DNA from: an uncultured Bacteroidales bacterium
Lineage (GTDB): Bacteria; Bacteroidota; Bacteroidia; Bacteroidales; Lentimicrobiaceae
Assembly (NCBI GenBank): GCA_937894795.1
Contig: CALCQV010000167.1
Span: 1,502 to 65,501, forward strand
Reading direction: 5' to 3'
DNA: 64,000 nt
The notes beneath the pieces are model-generated. The model did no database searches. It had not been told where the DNA came from and saw only the letters and a list, made by a program, of their open reading frames with translations. The position numbers were made by a program, and so were the translations under genes. Below, piece by piece: positions 49,926 through 59,739 of the stretch; the first letter of the stretch is position 1; the number at the start of each line of letters is the position of its first letter.

Positions 49926-50525
49926 ATGAAAAAAATAATCAACTTCATCGGACCTCCAGATAATTGGCGGTTGCCTGCTATTATTCTCACCGGTACCATT
50001 GTTGGGATCATAATTCTTCTGGTTTACTCATCGAGAGCCCACTCATACTTATCCGACAATCCGGAAACATGCATTAATTGTCATGTGATGTATCCGCAGT
50101 ATGCCACCTGGATGCATAGCAGCCATAGGGAAAAAGCAACCTGCAATGACTGTCATGTGCCGCACGACAATGTATTCCGAACATATTTCTTCAAAGCAAA
50201 AGATGGTCTGAGGCATGCCACAATATTTACTGCACGCGCTGAACCACAGGTAATACAGATAAAGCAGGCCGGTATAAATGTAGTACAGGAGAACTGTATT
50301 CGCTGCCATAAGGGACTGGTTGATTTTGTCAACATTGTCCAGGTAACCGGTGAGAACCATGAAGAAGGTGTTGGTTTCAGGTGTTGGGATTGCCATAGAG
50401 AAACGCCTCATGGCACCGTCAATAGCCTGGCAGCCACTCCCTATTCACTGGTGCCGCGCATGAAATCAATTGTACCCGATTGGATGCAGAGATTTGTGAA
50501 TGATAATACTGATGAAGCAAAATAA
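49926..50525 (+). CDS. nrfH: Cytochrome c nitrite reductase small subunit
   Basis: N-terminal TM and four CxxCH motifs (CINCH, CNDCH, CIRCH, CWDCH). Confidence 0.96.
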   Translation: MKKIINFIGPPDNWRLPAIILTGTIVGIIILLVYSSRAHSYLSDNPETCINCHVMYPQYATWMHSSHREKATCNDCHVPHDNVFRTYFFKAKDGLRHATIFTARAEPQVIQIKQAGINVVQENCIRCHKGLVDFVNIVQVTGENHEEGVGFRCWDCHRETPHGTVNSLAATPYSLVPRMKSIVPDWMQRFVNDNTDEAK

Positions 50526-50554
50526 ATAACCCAAATCCTTCAAACACACGTTAC

Positions 50555-52033
50555 ATGAAACCGGTATCAGAAATTACAAAAAGAAAACCTTGGGTAGCCT
50601 GGTTGATCTTTCTTGGCACAGTGGTAATAGTATTTATCCTTGGGCTCCTGGCCTCCTCAATCATTGAAAGAAGAAGTGAATCAAAGGTCTACTTCCAGAT
50701 GGTAAGTGAAATTCCAGAATGGGAACCACGGAATGAAGTATGGGGCAGGAACTTCCCCCGCGAGTATGAATCATATGAGAGTACACTTGACACCAGCTTC
50801 CTTAGCAAGTATGGAGGCTCAGGTACCCGTGACTACCTGGAGGAACATCCTGAAATGGTGGTTATGTGGGCAGGTTATGCATTCTCACGTGAATACAAAC
50901 AAGCAAGAGGACACTACTATGCCATCAATGATATCAGGCAGACTCTCCGCACTGATGTACCCCAGCCGTCAACCTGCTGGACATGCAAAAGCCCTGATGT
51001 GCCCCGTTTGATGAATCAGATGGGAGTTGAGAATTTCTATAAAGGTAAGTGGACAGATCTTGGTTCAGAAGTAGTCAATAATATAGGATGTCAGGACTGC
51101 CATGATCCCAAAACCATGAACCTGCGCATTACCCGTCCCGCCCTGATTGAAGCATACCAGCGCATGGGCAAGGACATCAACAAGGCAACACACCAGGAAA
51201 TGAGGTCGCTGGTTTGTGCACAATGCCATGTTGAATATTACTTCAAGGGAGAAAACAAATATTTGACTTTCCCATGGGATAATGGATTCACTGTTGAAGC
51301 CATGGAAGCCTATTACGATAGTGTAAAGCATGTTGATTTTGTCCATGCTCTAAGTAAAGCTCCAATGTTGAAGGGGCAGCATCCTGATTTTGAACAGTAT
51401 ACTACGGGCGTGCACTTCGACAGGGGTGTTGCCTGTGCCGATTGCCACATGCCATATAAGCGTGATGGTGGTATGAAATATACCGATCATAAGATTCAAA
51501 GCCCATTGGCAAACATATCAGGCTCTTGTGTTGTGTGTCACCGCGAAGGGGAAGAGAAGCTGATGGAGAATGTAGTCAGCCGCCAGAACAAGATTTATGA
51601 ACTCCGCCGCATAGCTGAGAAGAACATTGCCAGGCTCCATATTGAAGCAAAAACCGCCTGGGACAATGGCGCCACCGAACAGGAAATGGAACCCGTACTT
51701 ACCCTTATTCGTCATGCACAATGGCGTTGGGATTATGTTGCCGCCGGCAATTCCATGGGATTCCACACTCCGGCTGAAGCATTGCGTATCTTAGGCACAT
51801 CCATCCAAAAAGCTCAGGAAGGAAGATTGTTGCTTAACAGTATTCTCATTAGTCACGGCGTTAAAACACCTATTCAGATGCCCGATCTCTCAAACCGTGA
51901 AAAGGCTCAGGCTTTTATCGGTCTTGATATGCCGGCACTCCATAAGAGCAAAAATGAATTTATCAATACGGTGCTGCCTGAATGGACAAAGAAAGCCGTT
52001 GAACGGGAAGGCCAAATGATACAGATACAATAG
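50555..52033 (+). CDS. nrfA: Ammonia-forming cytochrome c nitrite reductase
   Basis: CWTCK (Lys-ligated active-site heme) plus CQDCH, CAQCHVEYYF, CADCH and CVVCH; KGQHPDFE. Confidence 0.97.
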   Translation: MKPVSEITKRKPWVAWLIFLGTVVIVFILGLLASSIIERRSESKVYFQMVSEIPEWEPRNEVWGRNFPREYESYESTLDTSFLSKYGGSGTRDYLEEHPEMVVMWAGYAFSREYKQARGHYYAINDIRQTLRTDVPQPSTCWTCKSPDVPRLMNQMGVENFYKGKWTDLGSEVVNNIGCQDCHDPKTMNLRITRPALIEAYQRMGKDINKATHQEMRSLVCAQCHVEYYFKGENKYLTFPWDNGFTVEAMEAYYDSVKHVDFVHALSKAPMLKGQHPDFEQYTTGVHFDRGVACADCHMPYKRDGGMKYTDHKIQSPLANISGSCVVCHREGEEKLMENVVSRQNKIYELRRIAEKNIARLHIEAKTAWDNGATEQEMEPVLTLIRHAQWRWDYVAAGNSMGFHTPAEALRILGTSIQKAQEGRLLLNSILISHGVKTPIQMPDLSNREKAQAFIGLDMPALHKSKNEFINTVLPEWTKKAVEREGQMIQIQ

Positions 52034-52053
52034 TTTACAAGTTAGATTACGGT

Positions 52054-52090
52054 ACAAGCCTGAAAAATTGAACTTTTCAGGCTTGTTTTT
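52054..52090 (+). terminator. nrfHA terminator
   Basis: 13-bp stem ACAAGCCTGAAAA/TTTTCAGGCTTGT followed by TTTT. Confidence 0.8.
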
Positions 52091-52118
52091 CTTTATTATA
52101 GCTGTCTATTTTATAACC

Positions 52119-53123
52119 ATGCGCTGCATTTTAAGAAAAGAAACCGACCCTTATTTCAACCTCGCAGCTGAAGAGTATGTATTCAAACACTTCGCTGATG
52201 ATACCTTCATGCTTTGGCGGAATGATCCATCGGTAATTGTTGGTAAGCATCAGAATACATTCGCTGAAATCAATCATCAGTTTGTAAATGAAAAGGGCAT
52301 CAAGGTAGTACGACGAATTTCAGGCGGTGGCACTGTTTACCATGACCACGGCAATCTGAACTTCACCTTCACATCACGGGCAGAGCATAACCAACTGGTT
52401 GACTTCAACAAATACAACCGGGTAATTGTCAGTGTACTCGGCAAATTAGGCATTGATGTATTGACCGGGCCACGCAACAGCTTATATATTGGCGGTAAGA
52501 AGATTTCAGGTAATGCAGAACACGTTTATAAGGACAAAGTACTTCATCATGGCACACTATTATTCAACAGCAATATTGAAAACCTGCAAAATGCCATCAA
52601 ACCTGCAAACCTGAGCTATGATGATAAAGCCGTAAAATCAATAAACAGTCAGGTGGTCAATATCACCGATTCACTCAAGACATCACTGACTATTGAAGAA
52701 TTTGCCGAATTTATTATTGCCGAAATGCTGAAGATGGATTCTGAAGCCCACTTGTATGCATTCACCCCAGAGGATATCAGGCAAATCAATCTTTTAAAAG
52801 AAGAGAAATACACTACCTGGGAATGGAACTATGGCTACTCACCCATTTTCAACTTATCCACAACATTCCAAACAGGAAATCAACCGTTTAAAGTAAGCAT
52901 AACAGTCAGGAACGGAACAATAGATTACATTGATAGCAGTAATCATGAGCCTATTGCAGAAGAGTACCATAAACTCATCAACATACTGATGTCCACACGG
53001 TTAAAAGAAACTGACATAGCAAGCAAATTGAAACAACACTATTCAGAAGAACAAATACAAAGTGTCATACAATCGTTGTTTGTCGGCGATAACGCTGAAC
53101 ATTTGAATAATAACTATGTTTAA
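52119..53123 (+). CDS. lplA: Lipoate-protein ligase A
   Basis: PYFNLAAEEY, VRRISGGGTVYHD, KISGNAE and LHHGTLLF motifs. Start moved to ATG 52119. Confidence 0.95.
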   Translation: MRCILRKETDPYFNLAAEEYVFKHFADDTFMLWRNDPSVIVGKHQNTFAEINHQFVNEKGIKVVRRISGGGTVYHDHGNLNFTFTSRAEHNQLVDFNKYNRVIVSVLGKLGIDVLTGPRNSLYIGGKKISGNAEHVYKDKVLHHGTLLFNSNIENLQNAIKPANLSYDDKAVKSINSQVVNITDSLKTSLTIEEFAEFIIAEMLKMDSEAHLYAFTPEDIRQINLLKEEKYTTWEWNYGYSPIFNLSTTFQTGNQPFKVSITVRNGTIDYIDSSNHEPIAEEYHKLINILMSTRLKETDIASKLKQHYSEEQIQSVIQSLFVGDNAEHLNNNYV

Positions 53124-53144
53124 AAGCAAACAAAACGACAAAAC

Positions 53145-53957
53145 ATGAAGCAGGCACAAGCGGTATTTGATAAACTATGGTCAGATTATATCACACAAAA
53201 TCCTTCAGCCAAACAGGTATATGATCTCTTCATTGGCAGTGGCGAAGAAGTATTGAATGACCATATAGCATTCAGAACATTCAATGATTCCAGGGTTAAT
53301 ATTGATGTAATGGCCCAGGAATTCATCAATGCAGGATATATTTACAAAGGTTCGTACAACTTTGAAGAAAAGAAACTGAATGCACGGCACTATGAGCACA
53401 AGGAGTTCAGGGATGCACCACGGGTATTCATAAGTGAATTAAGAACCGAAGAATTCTCACCATTCCTTCAGGAGACGGTAAAGAACATTCTCAACAACAT
53501 ACCCGCAGAGCATGTTGGCAAAGGAGATCTAATATTTAAGGGAAACCTATGGGGAACACCATCGTACGAAGTTTATAATAAGCTGAGGGATGAGTCGGAA
53601 TATGCCGCATGGGTTTATGTATACGGTTTCAGAGCCAATCACTTCACAGTGAGCATTAACGGCCTGAAGAAACTAACCGAGGTGGAGCAGGTTAACCGGT
53701 TTGTTGAAGAGCACGGATTCCGCATCAATGATTCGGGTGGCAGGGTAAAAGGTACACCTCAGGAGTTACTGGAACAATCAAGTACCATGGCAGGCAAGTT
53801 ACCTGTTAAGTTTCAGGAAGGCATTTATGAAATTCCCTCTTGTTATTACGAATTCGCCAAGAGATACCCTGATACGGATGGTAACTTATATTCAGGATTT
53901 ATTGCCAAATCCGCTGATAAGATATTTGAGAGTACCAACTACTACAAAGGAAATTAA
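53145..53957 (+). CDS. DUF1338 domain protein (HglS/YdcJ-like 2-oxoadipate dioxygenase/decarboxylase family)
   Basis: NDHIAFRTF, PRVFISEL, SEYAAW, ANHFTVS, LLEQSSTMA and YYEFAKR motifs, with a putative His/His/Glu metal triad. Confidence 0.85.
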   Translation: MKQAQAVFDKLWSDYITQNPSAKQVYDLFIGSGEEVLNDHIAFRTFNDSRVNIDVMAQEFINAGYIYKGSYNFEEKKLNARHYEHKEFRDAPRVFISELRTEEFSPFLQETVKNILNNIPAEHVGKGDLIFKGNLWGTPSYEVYNKLRDESEYAAWVYVYGFRANHFTVSINGLKKLTEVEQVNRFVEEHGFRINDSGGRVKGTPQELLEQSSTMAGKLPVKFQEGIYEIPSCYYEFAKRYPDTDGNLYSGFIAKSADKIFESTNYYKGN

Positions 53958-53982
53958 CATTTGCCACAAAGTATTTAAATTG

Positions 53983-54019
53983 ACCGCATTCCCGCGAATA
54001 GGGCAATGCGGTTTTTTTC
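53983..54019 (+). terminator. Intrinsic terminator after the DUF1338 gene
   Basis: ACCGCATT(CCC)..(GGGC)AATGCGGT followed by a T-tract. Confidence 0.75.
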
Positions 54020-54130
54020 TGATGCAGATAAAATGATAACTTTGACGCTACTTTGAGACTACAATTAAGCTGAATTGGATTTGCTTTAGCGCTTATTTGA
54101 AATTACAGTTAATAATCACAACAGGCTATA

Positions 54131-57049
54131 ATGATACCGATCAATAAATGGAATGAGTTACGTGAAAAACTTAAAGGTGAGCTCTTTACCGGCGAAACCA
54201 TGCGCATACTCTATTCCACTGATGCCTCAGCCTATCGTGAAATTCCACTGGCAGTAGTTGTACCAAAAGATGAAAGCGACATAGTTCAGCTTATCAGGTT
54301 TGCCCATAAAATGAAAGTCACCCTCATACCGCGTACCGCGGGTACTTCATTGGCCGGACAGGTTGTTGGCAACGGAATAGTGGTTGACGTATCCAGGTAT
54401 ATGAACCGGATACTCCAGGTAAACGCTGAGGAGAGATGGGTGAGGGTGCAGCCGGGGGTGGTGCTAGATGAACTGAATAAAGCATTGGCTCCAACAGGAT
54501 TATTCTTCGGACCTGAAACATCCACTTCCAACAGGTGTATGATTGGCGGCATGGTAGGCAACAATGCATGTGGTGCCCACTCATTGGTATACGGCAGCAC
54601 ACGTGACCATACACTGGAAATTACAGCCCTGTTAAGTGATGCCACTAAAGTTACTTTCAGGTCGCTTACTAGTGATGAGTTTAAGGTTAAATGCTATCAG
54701 GATGATCTTGAAGGCCGGATATACAATAAAATAAGTGATATACTCCGTGATGCGAATAACCGCGAAGAAATCAGGAACAACTACCCTGATCCCCGGCTTG
54801 AAAGAAGAAACACCGGTTATGCACTTGATTTGCTATTGGATACTCAGCCTTTTCAGGAAAAGGGAACCCCCTTCAACCTGTGCAAACTGTTGGCAGGCTC
54901 AGAAGGAACACTGGCATTCTCCACAGAAATCAAGTTAAACCTTGTACCCATCCCTCCCAAAGAAAAAGCGCTTGTCTGTATTCATTGCAATTCATTGGAA
55001 GAAGCATTCAAAGCCAACCTCATAGCCTTGAAGCACAACCCGGTAGCGGTTGAACTTATTGATCACTTCATCATTGAGCGCACCGTTGACAACATAGAGC
55101 AACGTAAAAACAGGTTTTTCATCAAGGGAGAGCCTGCAGCAATACTGGTGGTTGAATTTGCCCTTCACACCATAGAAGCCATTGATGAAGCAGCCAGGCT
55201 GTTGGTGCAGGATATGCAGACAGCAGGATATGGATACCACTACCCGGTAGTAAAAGGTAATGATATCAGCAGGGTCTGGGCACTTAGAAAAGCAGGACTT
55301 GGCTTGCTGTCAAATATCAAAGGTGACAAAAAGCCGGTTGCTGTAATTGAAGATACAGCAGTATTGCCTGAACTGCTGCCCGCCTATATGGAAGAATTCG
55401 CAGCCATGCTTCAACAGTATGACCTCAACTGCGTTTACTATGCACATATTGCCACCGGTGAACTCCACCTGAGGCCGGTACTTGATTTGAAAGACCCGCA
55501 TGATGTTGAACTCTTTCATACCGTAGCATTGGAAACCGCAAAAATTGTAAAGAAATACAGGGGTTCCTTAAGCGGTGAACATGGCGATGGCCGCCTGCGC
55601 GGTGAATTTATACCCCTGATGCTGGGAAATCATGTTTACGGATTGCTAAAAGAGATAAAGCACAGCTTTGACCCAAACGGAATATTCAACAACCGGAAGA
55701 TCACTGATACTCCGGTTATGAACACAGGCCTTCGATACGAGTCAGGACAGAAGACAAGGGAAATAGAGACCGTATTTGATTTTTCTGACAGTATGGGTAT
55801 CGTAAGAGCCGCTGAACAATGCAATGGCTCAGGAGATTGTCGTAAATCAGAGCAGTTTGCCGGTACCATGTGCCCCAGCTACCAAGCTACACGTGATGAA
55901 AAGGACACTACCAGGGCAAGGGCAAACATACTCAGGGAAATGCTTACCCGCAGCAATAAGGATAATCCCTTTGATCACAAGGAGATATTAGAGGTCATGG
56001 ACTTATGTATCTCATGCAAGGGATGTAAGTCAGAATGTCCATCGAATGTTGATATTGCAAAATATAAAGCCGAGTTTCTGCAGCACTATTACGATGCAAA
56101 CGGCACACCACTACGTTCACTCCTGATAGCCAATATCACGGCCTTCAACAAACTCGGCAGCCTTCTCCCCTCACTTTATAATGGATTGCTCAGCAATAAG
56201 CTATTTTCAGGCTTGCTAAAGAAATTCATTGGATTTGCACCCGGGCGGGAACTTCCTCTTCTGCAGAAGCAAACACTAACAGGCTGGTTTAGGAAATACG
56301 GTAAAGAGCAGCCTGATGGAAGGACAGTTTACCTTTTTGCCGATGAGTTCACCAATTACAATGATGTGAATATTGGCATCAAAGCAATTATGGTACTCAA
56401 TAAACTCGGTTACAAGGTAGAGATACCAAAGCATAAAGAGAGTGGACGCACCTTCCTCAGCAAGGGGTTGTTGCGAAAAGCCCAAAAACTGGCCGTCGGG
56501 AATGTGCAGTTGCTTTCAGATGTAGTGACTGCCGAATCCCCTCTGATTGGAATAGAGCCATCAGCCATACTCACCTTCAGGGATGAGTATATTGATCTCA
56601 CCAAGGGGGAATTAAAGGAGAAAGCAAGACTGCTGGCCGCCAATACATTCCTCTTTGATGACTTCATCATGCGTGAAGTCAATGCCGGAAGAATAGATAG
56701 CTCCGGCTTCACCGGAAGCACCCGGCAGATAAAACTGCACGGCCATTGTCATCAGAAAGCACTGGCATCCACTGCATCAACAAAACAGATGCTCAGTCTG
56801 CCGGCCGGTTACCGGGTTGAAGAGATCAGGTCAGGATGCTGTGGCATGGCCGGTTCCTTTGGCTTCGAAAAGGAGCATTACGAGGTATCTATGAAGATTG
56901 GGGAACTGGTATTATTCCCTGAAGTAAGAAGATCGGAACAGGAGGTCACCATTGCCGCTCCGGGTACCAGTTGTCGGCAACAGATTAAGGACGGCACAGG
57001 CAAATTGGCATTGCATCCTATTGAAATACTCTGGGAATCATTGCTCTAA
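54131..57049 (+). CDS. FAD-binding, Fe-S-binding oxidoreductase (YdiJ-like 2-hydroxyacid dehydrogenase)
   Basis: RTAGTSLAGQ, GGMVGNNACG, GEHGDG, CNGSGDC, CISCKGCKSECP, HGHCHQK and GCCGMAG motifs. Confidence 0.9.
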   Translation: MIPINKWNELREKLKGELFTGETMRILYSTDASAYREIPLAVVVPKDESDIVQLIRFAHKMKVTLIPRTAGTSLAGQVVGNGIVVDVSRYMNRILQVNAEERWVRVQPGVVLDELNKALAPTGLFFGPETSTSNRCMIGGMVGNNACGAHSLVYGSTRDHTLEITALLSDATKVTFRSLTSDEFKVKCYQDDLEGRIYNKISDILRDANNREEIRNNYPDPRLERRNTGYALDLLLDTQPFQEKGTPFNLCKLLAGSEGTLAFSTEIKLNLVPIPPKEKALVCIHCNSLEEAFKANLIALKHNPVAVELIDHFIIERTVDNIEQRKNRFFIKGEPAAILVVEFALHTIEAIDEAARLLVQDMQTAGYGYHYPVVKGNDISRVWALRKAGLGLLSNIKGDKKPVAVIEDTAVLPELLPAYMEEFAAMLQQYDLNCVYYAHIATGELHLRPVLDLKDPHDVELFHTVALETAKIVKKYRGSLSGEHGDGRLRGEFIPLMLGNHVYGLLKEIKHSFDPNGIFNNRKITDTPVMNTGLRYESGQKTREIETVFDFSDSMGIVRAAEQCNGSGDCRKSEQFAGTMCPSYQATRDEKDTTRARANILREMLTRSNKDNPFDHKEILEVMDLCISCKGCKSECPSNVDIAKYKAEFLQHYYDANGTPLRSLLIANITAFNKLGSLLPSLYNGLLSNKLFSGLLKKFIGFAPGRELPLLQKQTLTGWFRKYGKEQPDGRTVYLFADEFTNYNDVNIGIKAIMVLNKLGYKVEIPKHKESGRTFLSKGLLRKAQKLAVGNVQLLSDVVTAESPLIGIEPSAILTFRDEYIDLTKGELKEKARLLAANTFLFDDFIMREVNAGRIDSSGFTGSTRQIKLHGHCHQKALASTASTKQMLSLPAGYRVEEIRSGCCGMAGSFGFEKEHYEVSMKIGELVLFPEVRRSEQEVTIAAPGTSCRQQIKDGTGKLALHPIEILWESLL

Positions 57050-57116
57050 CACGACCTCAGATTCCTCATTGGGAAACCCCTAATGTTTGTATTTTTGCAC
57101 AAAATCAACCACGTTA

Positions 57117-57839
57117 ATGGAAATACCCCAATGGCAGGAACGCACATTACTGCTGACAGGAAAAGAAAAACTTGAGAAACTGGCAAAGGCGCATGTGCTT
57201 GTTTGCGGTTTGGGAGGTGTAGGCTCATTTACTGCCGAACAATTAGTGAGAGCCGGTATAGGGAGCCTTACAATTGTTGATGGCGACACCCTGCATGACA
57301 CGAATAGAAACCGCCAATTACCGTCACTTATAAGTACTCTGGGAGCCTATAAGGCTGATGTTGTGGGGCAAAGATTACTCGATATAAATCCAGATCTTAA
57401 GTTGACCGTTATTAAGGAATACCTGAAAGACCAGACAATCATTGATACCCTTGATCACCCCTATGATTATGTTATTGATGCCATTGATACACTCTCACCA
57501 AAAGTTTATTTAATTTACCATGCATTAAGATTTGGATTGCCTTTGGTGAGCTCCATGGGCTCCGGTGGGAAATATGACCCCTCACTTATCAGGGTAAGCG
57601 ATATTGATGATACCTATAATTGTAAATTAGCCTATTATATTCGCAAACGACTGCATAAGCTGGGTGTATGGATAGGATTTAAGGCCGTTTATTCAACCGA
57701 GGTGGTCTCACGTAGTGCTGTTGCCCTGATGGAAGGTGAAATGAATAAAAAATCAACTGTAGGTACAATTTCATATATGCCAGCCATGTTTGGCTGTTAC
57801 TGCGCTTCAGTTGCAATTAGGGAGATTATGGAATTGTAG
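57117..57839 (+). CDS. tcdA: tRNA threonylcarbamoyladenosine dehydratase (ThiF family)
   Basis: GLGGVGS, TNRNRQL, DAIDT, SSMGSGGK and GTISYMPAMFG motifs. Start moved to ATG 57117. Confidence 0.9.
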   Translation: MEIPQWQERTLLLTGKEKLEKLAKAHVLVCGLGGVGSFTAEQLVRAGIGSLTIVDGDTLHDTNRNRQLPSLISTLGAYKADVVGQRLLDINPDLKLTVIKEYLKDQTIIDTLDHPYDYVIDAIDTLSPKVYLIYHALRFGLPLVSSMGSGGKYDPSLIRVSDIDDTYNCKLAYYIRKRLHKLGVWIGFKAVYSTEVVSRSAVALMEGEMNKKSTVGTISYMPAMFGCYCASVAIREIMEL

Positions 57840-57981
57840 GTGCATGTTGCCAATGAATGAAGCTGAATAACAATTATTGTTTTTGATATAAAATTTTTAA
57901 TATTTGTATGAGCCGTATCGAATATTTTATAATTTTACTGAAAACACACCAATTGACTAACCGGTTATCAATAACTGACAG

Positions 57982-59739
57982 ATGATAAGCACATCTTTTG
58001 TAAAACCAACGTCAGTCGAAGAAAGCAACTTCCTTCAAACAGAGACCATACAGAATATTCAGAGGGTATTTGGCAATACTGTTAAAGCTTCCGTACTTAT
58101 TACATCCTCTGAAGGGACTCCCCTTACCAAACCTGATCTGTTGCCACCTTTTCAATCCAATGGAAGCACAACAGGTAAGTTGTGGAATTGCTGTGAATCA
58201 ACCATATCAAAGCTTTATCAAACACCCTCTGAAGTAAACACGCCAACTTTCATCACCTGCGAATGTGGTCATGAAATATCTCTTATCAGGATGAAACTGG
58301 TTAACCAACAATTGTTTAACCTCATACTGATTCAGCTGACCGATAAGCATAACAACAAGCAAAAATTCATCGCCAAAGCGATTGAAAATAATTATAACAC
58401 CCAACAGGCAGAGGAAGCGTATAAGCTGACAGAGGTTATTGATTACGACAAGTTTACATACTCCTGTTCAATGCTTTTCCATCAAACGGAGTTATTCAAC
58501 ACCCTGCTGCAAAACAGCGTGCAGGTTACACGGCTTAAAAACGAAGAAGAAAGAAGTATTCATGAGGAAGCCCTGATAAAGGCTAAAAATGAAGCAGAGG
58601 AATCAAGCAGACTGAAGTCTTCACTGCTTGCCAATATGAGCCACGAGTTAAGGACACCCATGACCGGTATACTCGGCTTTTCAGAAATACTGCATGATGA
58701 ACTGGACGACAACAGGCTTAAAAGTATGGCCTCAACCATATACAAGTCGGCCAATCGCCTCATGACAACATTGAATTCCATTATGGACCTGTCGGCCATA
58801 GAATCCAACAGGACAAACCTGACGTTGAAGCCGGTAAATATCAAGATTATATTTATGAATCTCTTGCGCAATGCCTACACCATTGCGAGCGACAAGGGCT
58901 TATATATAAGAACAGCACTCCCGCCCAGCATCAATGTAATAGCTGATGACAAATTGTTGGGGCAGTTGCTGCACCATCTTATTGACAATGCCATCAAATT
59001 CACTATTGACGGGGGAATATCCATCAGTGCCTATGCCGGATTGCGTGATACATCAGATGTAGTTATAAAAATAAGCGACACAGGTATTGGAATTGCACCA
59101 CAGCACCATAAGCTCATCTTTGAAGAGTTCAGGCAGGTAAGTGAAGGATTATCACGCACCTTTGAAGGTAGCGGTCTGGGTCTTTCACTGGTAATGAAAA
59201 TATCGAAGTTGTTGAATGCCAGGGTGTGGGTGGAAAGTGTACCCGAAAAAGGCTCAGACTTTTATGTAGCTTTACCATCGGCTGCCGTTGTCAATGAAGA
59301 CATCACCACCCCTGTTGAAAAAGAAGAGCCCATCAGCACTATCAGGTTGGGCAGAGGCAATGTGCCGGAGGTACTGATAGTAGAAGACAATGAAATTAAC
59401 AGAAGGTTGGCGGCATTGTATCTGCGTGAGATTTGCAATATCGATATGGCTGAAAATGGCTACATAGCCATGAACAAGATTAAATCAAAGAAGTATGATG
59501 CCGTGCTTATGGATATCAACCTTGGTGCCGGCCCCAATGGAATACATATTGCACAGGATATCAGAGCCATAGACCATTACAAGGACATCCCGATTATAGC
59601 AGTTACCGGTTATACCATGCAGGGCGACAGGGAGAAGCTTCTTGCCAATGGCTGTTCACACTATGTGGCAAAGCCTTACGACAAGAAGACGCTGATAAAA
59701 CTATTCTCAGGTATATTATACAATCAGAAGGCCGGTTAG
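57982..59739 (+). CDS. Cytoplasmic hybrid histidine kinase/response regulator with a PocR-like N-terminus
   Basis: H box MSHELRTP, N box DNAIKFT, DTGIG, GSGLGL and receiver (VEDN, MDINL, AVTG, KP). No TM segments. The PocR call is inference. Confidence 0.9.
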   Translation: MISTSFVKPTSVEESNFLQTETIQNIQRVFGNTVKASVLITSSEGTPLTKPDLLPPFQSNGSTTGKLWNCCESTISKLYQTPSEVNTPTFITCECGHEISLIRMKLVNQQLFNLILIQLTDKHNNKQKFIAKAIENNYNTQQAEEAYKLTEVIDYDKFTYSCSMLFHQTELFNTLLQNSVQVTRLKNEEERSIHEEALIKAKNEAEESSRLKSSLLANMSHELRTPMTGILGFSEILHDELDDNRLKSMASTIYKSANRLMTTLNSIMDLSAIESNRTNLTLKPVNIKIIFMNLLRNAYTIASDKGLYIRTALPPSINVIADDKLLGQLLHHLIDNAIKFTIDGGISISAYAGLRDTSDVVIKISDTGIGIAPQHHKLIFEEFRQVSEGLSRTFEGSGLGLSLVMKISKLLNARVWVESVPEKGSDFYVALPSAAVVNEDITTPVEKEEPISTIRLGRGNVPEVLIVEDNEINRRLAALYLREICNIDMAENGYIAMNKIKSKKYDAVLMDINLGAGPNGIHIAQDIRAIDHYKDIPIIAVTGYTMQGDREKLLANGCSHYVAKPYDKKTLIKLFSGILYNQKAG

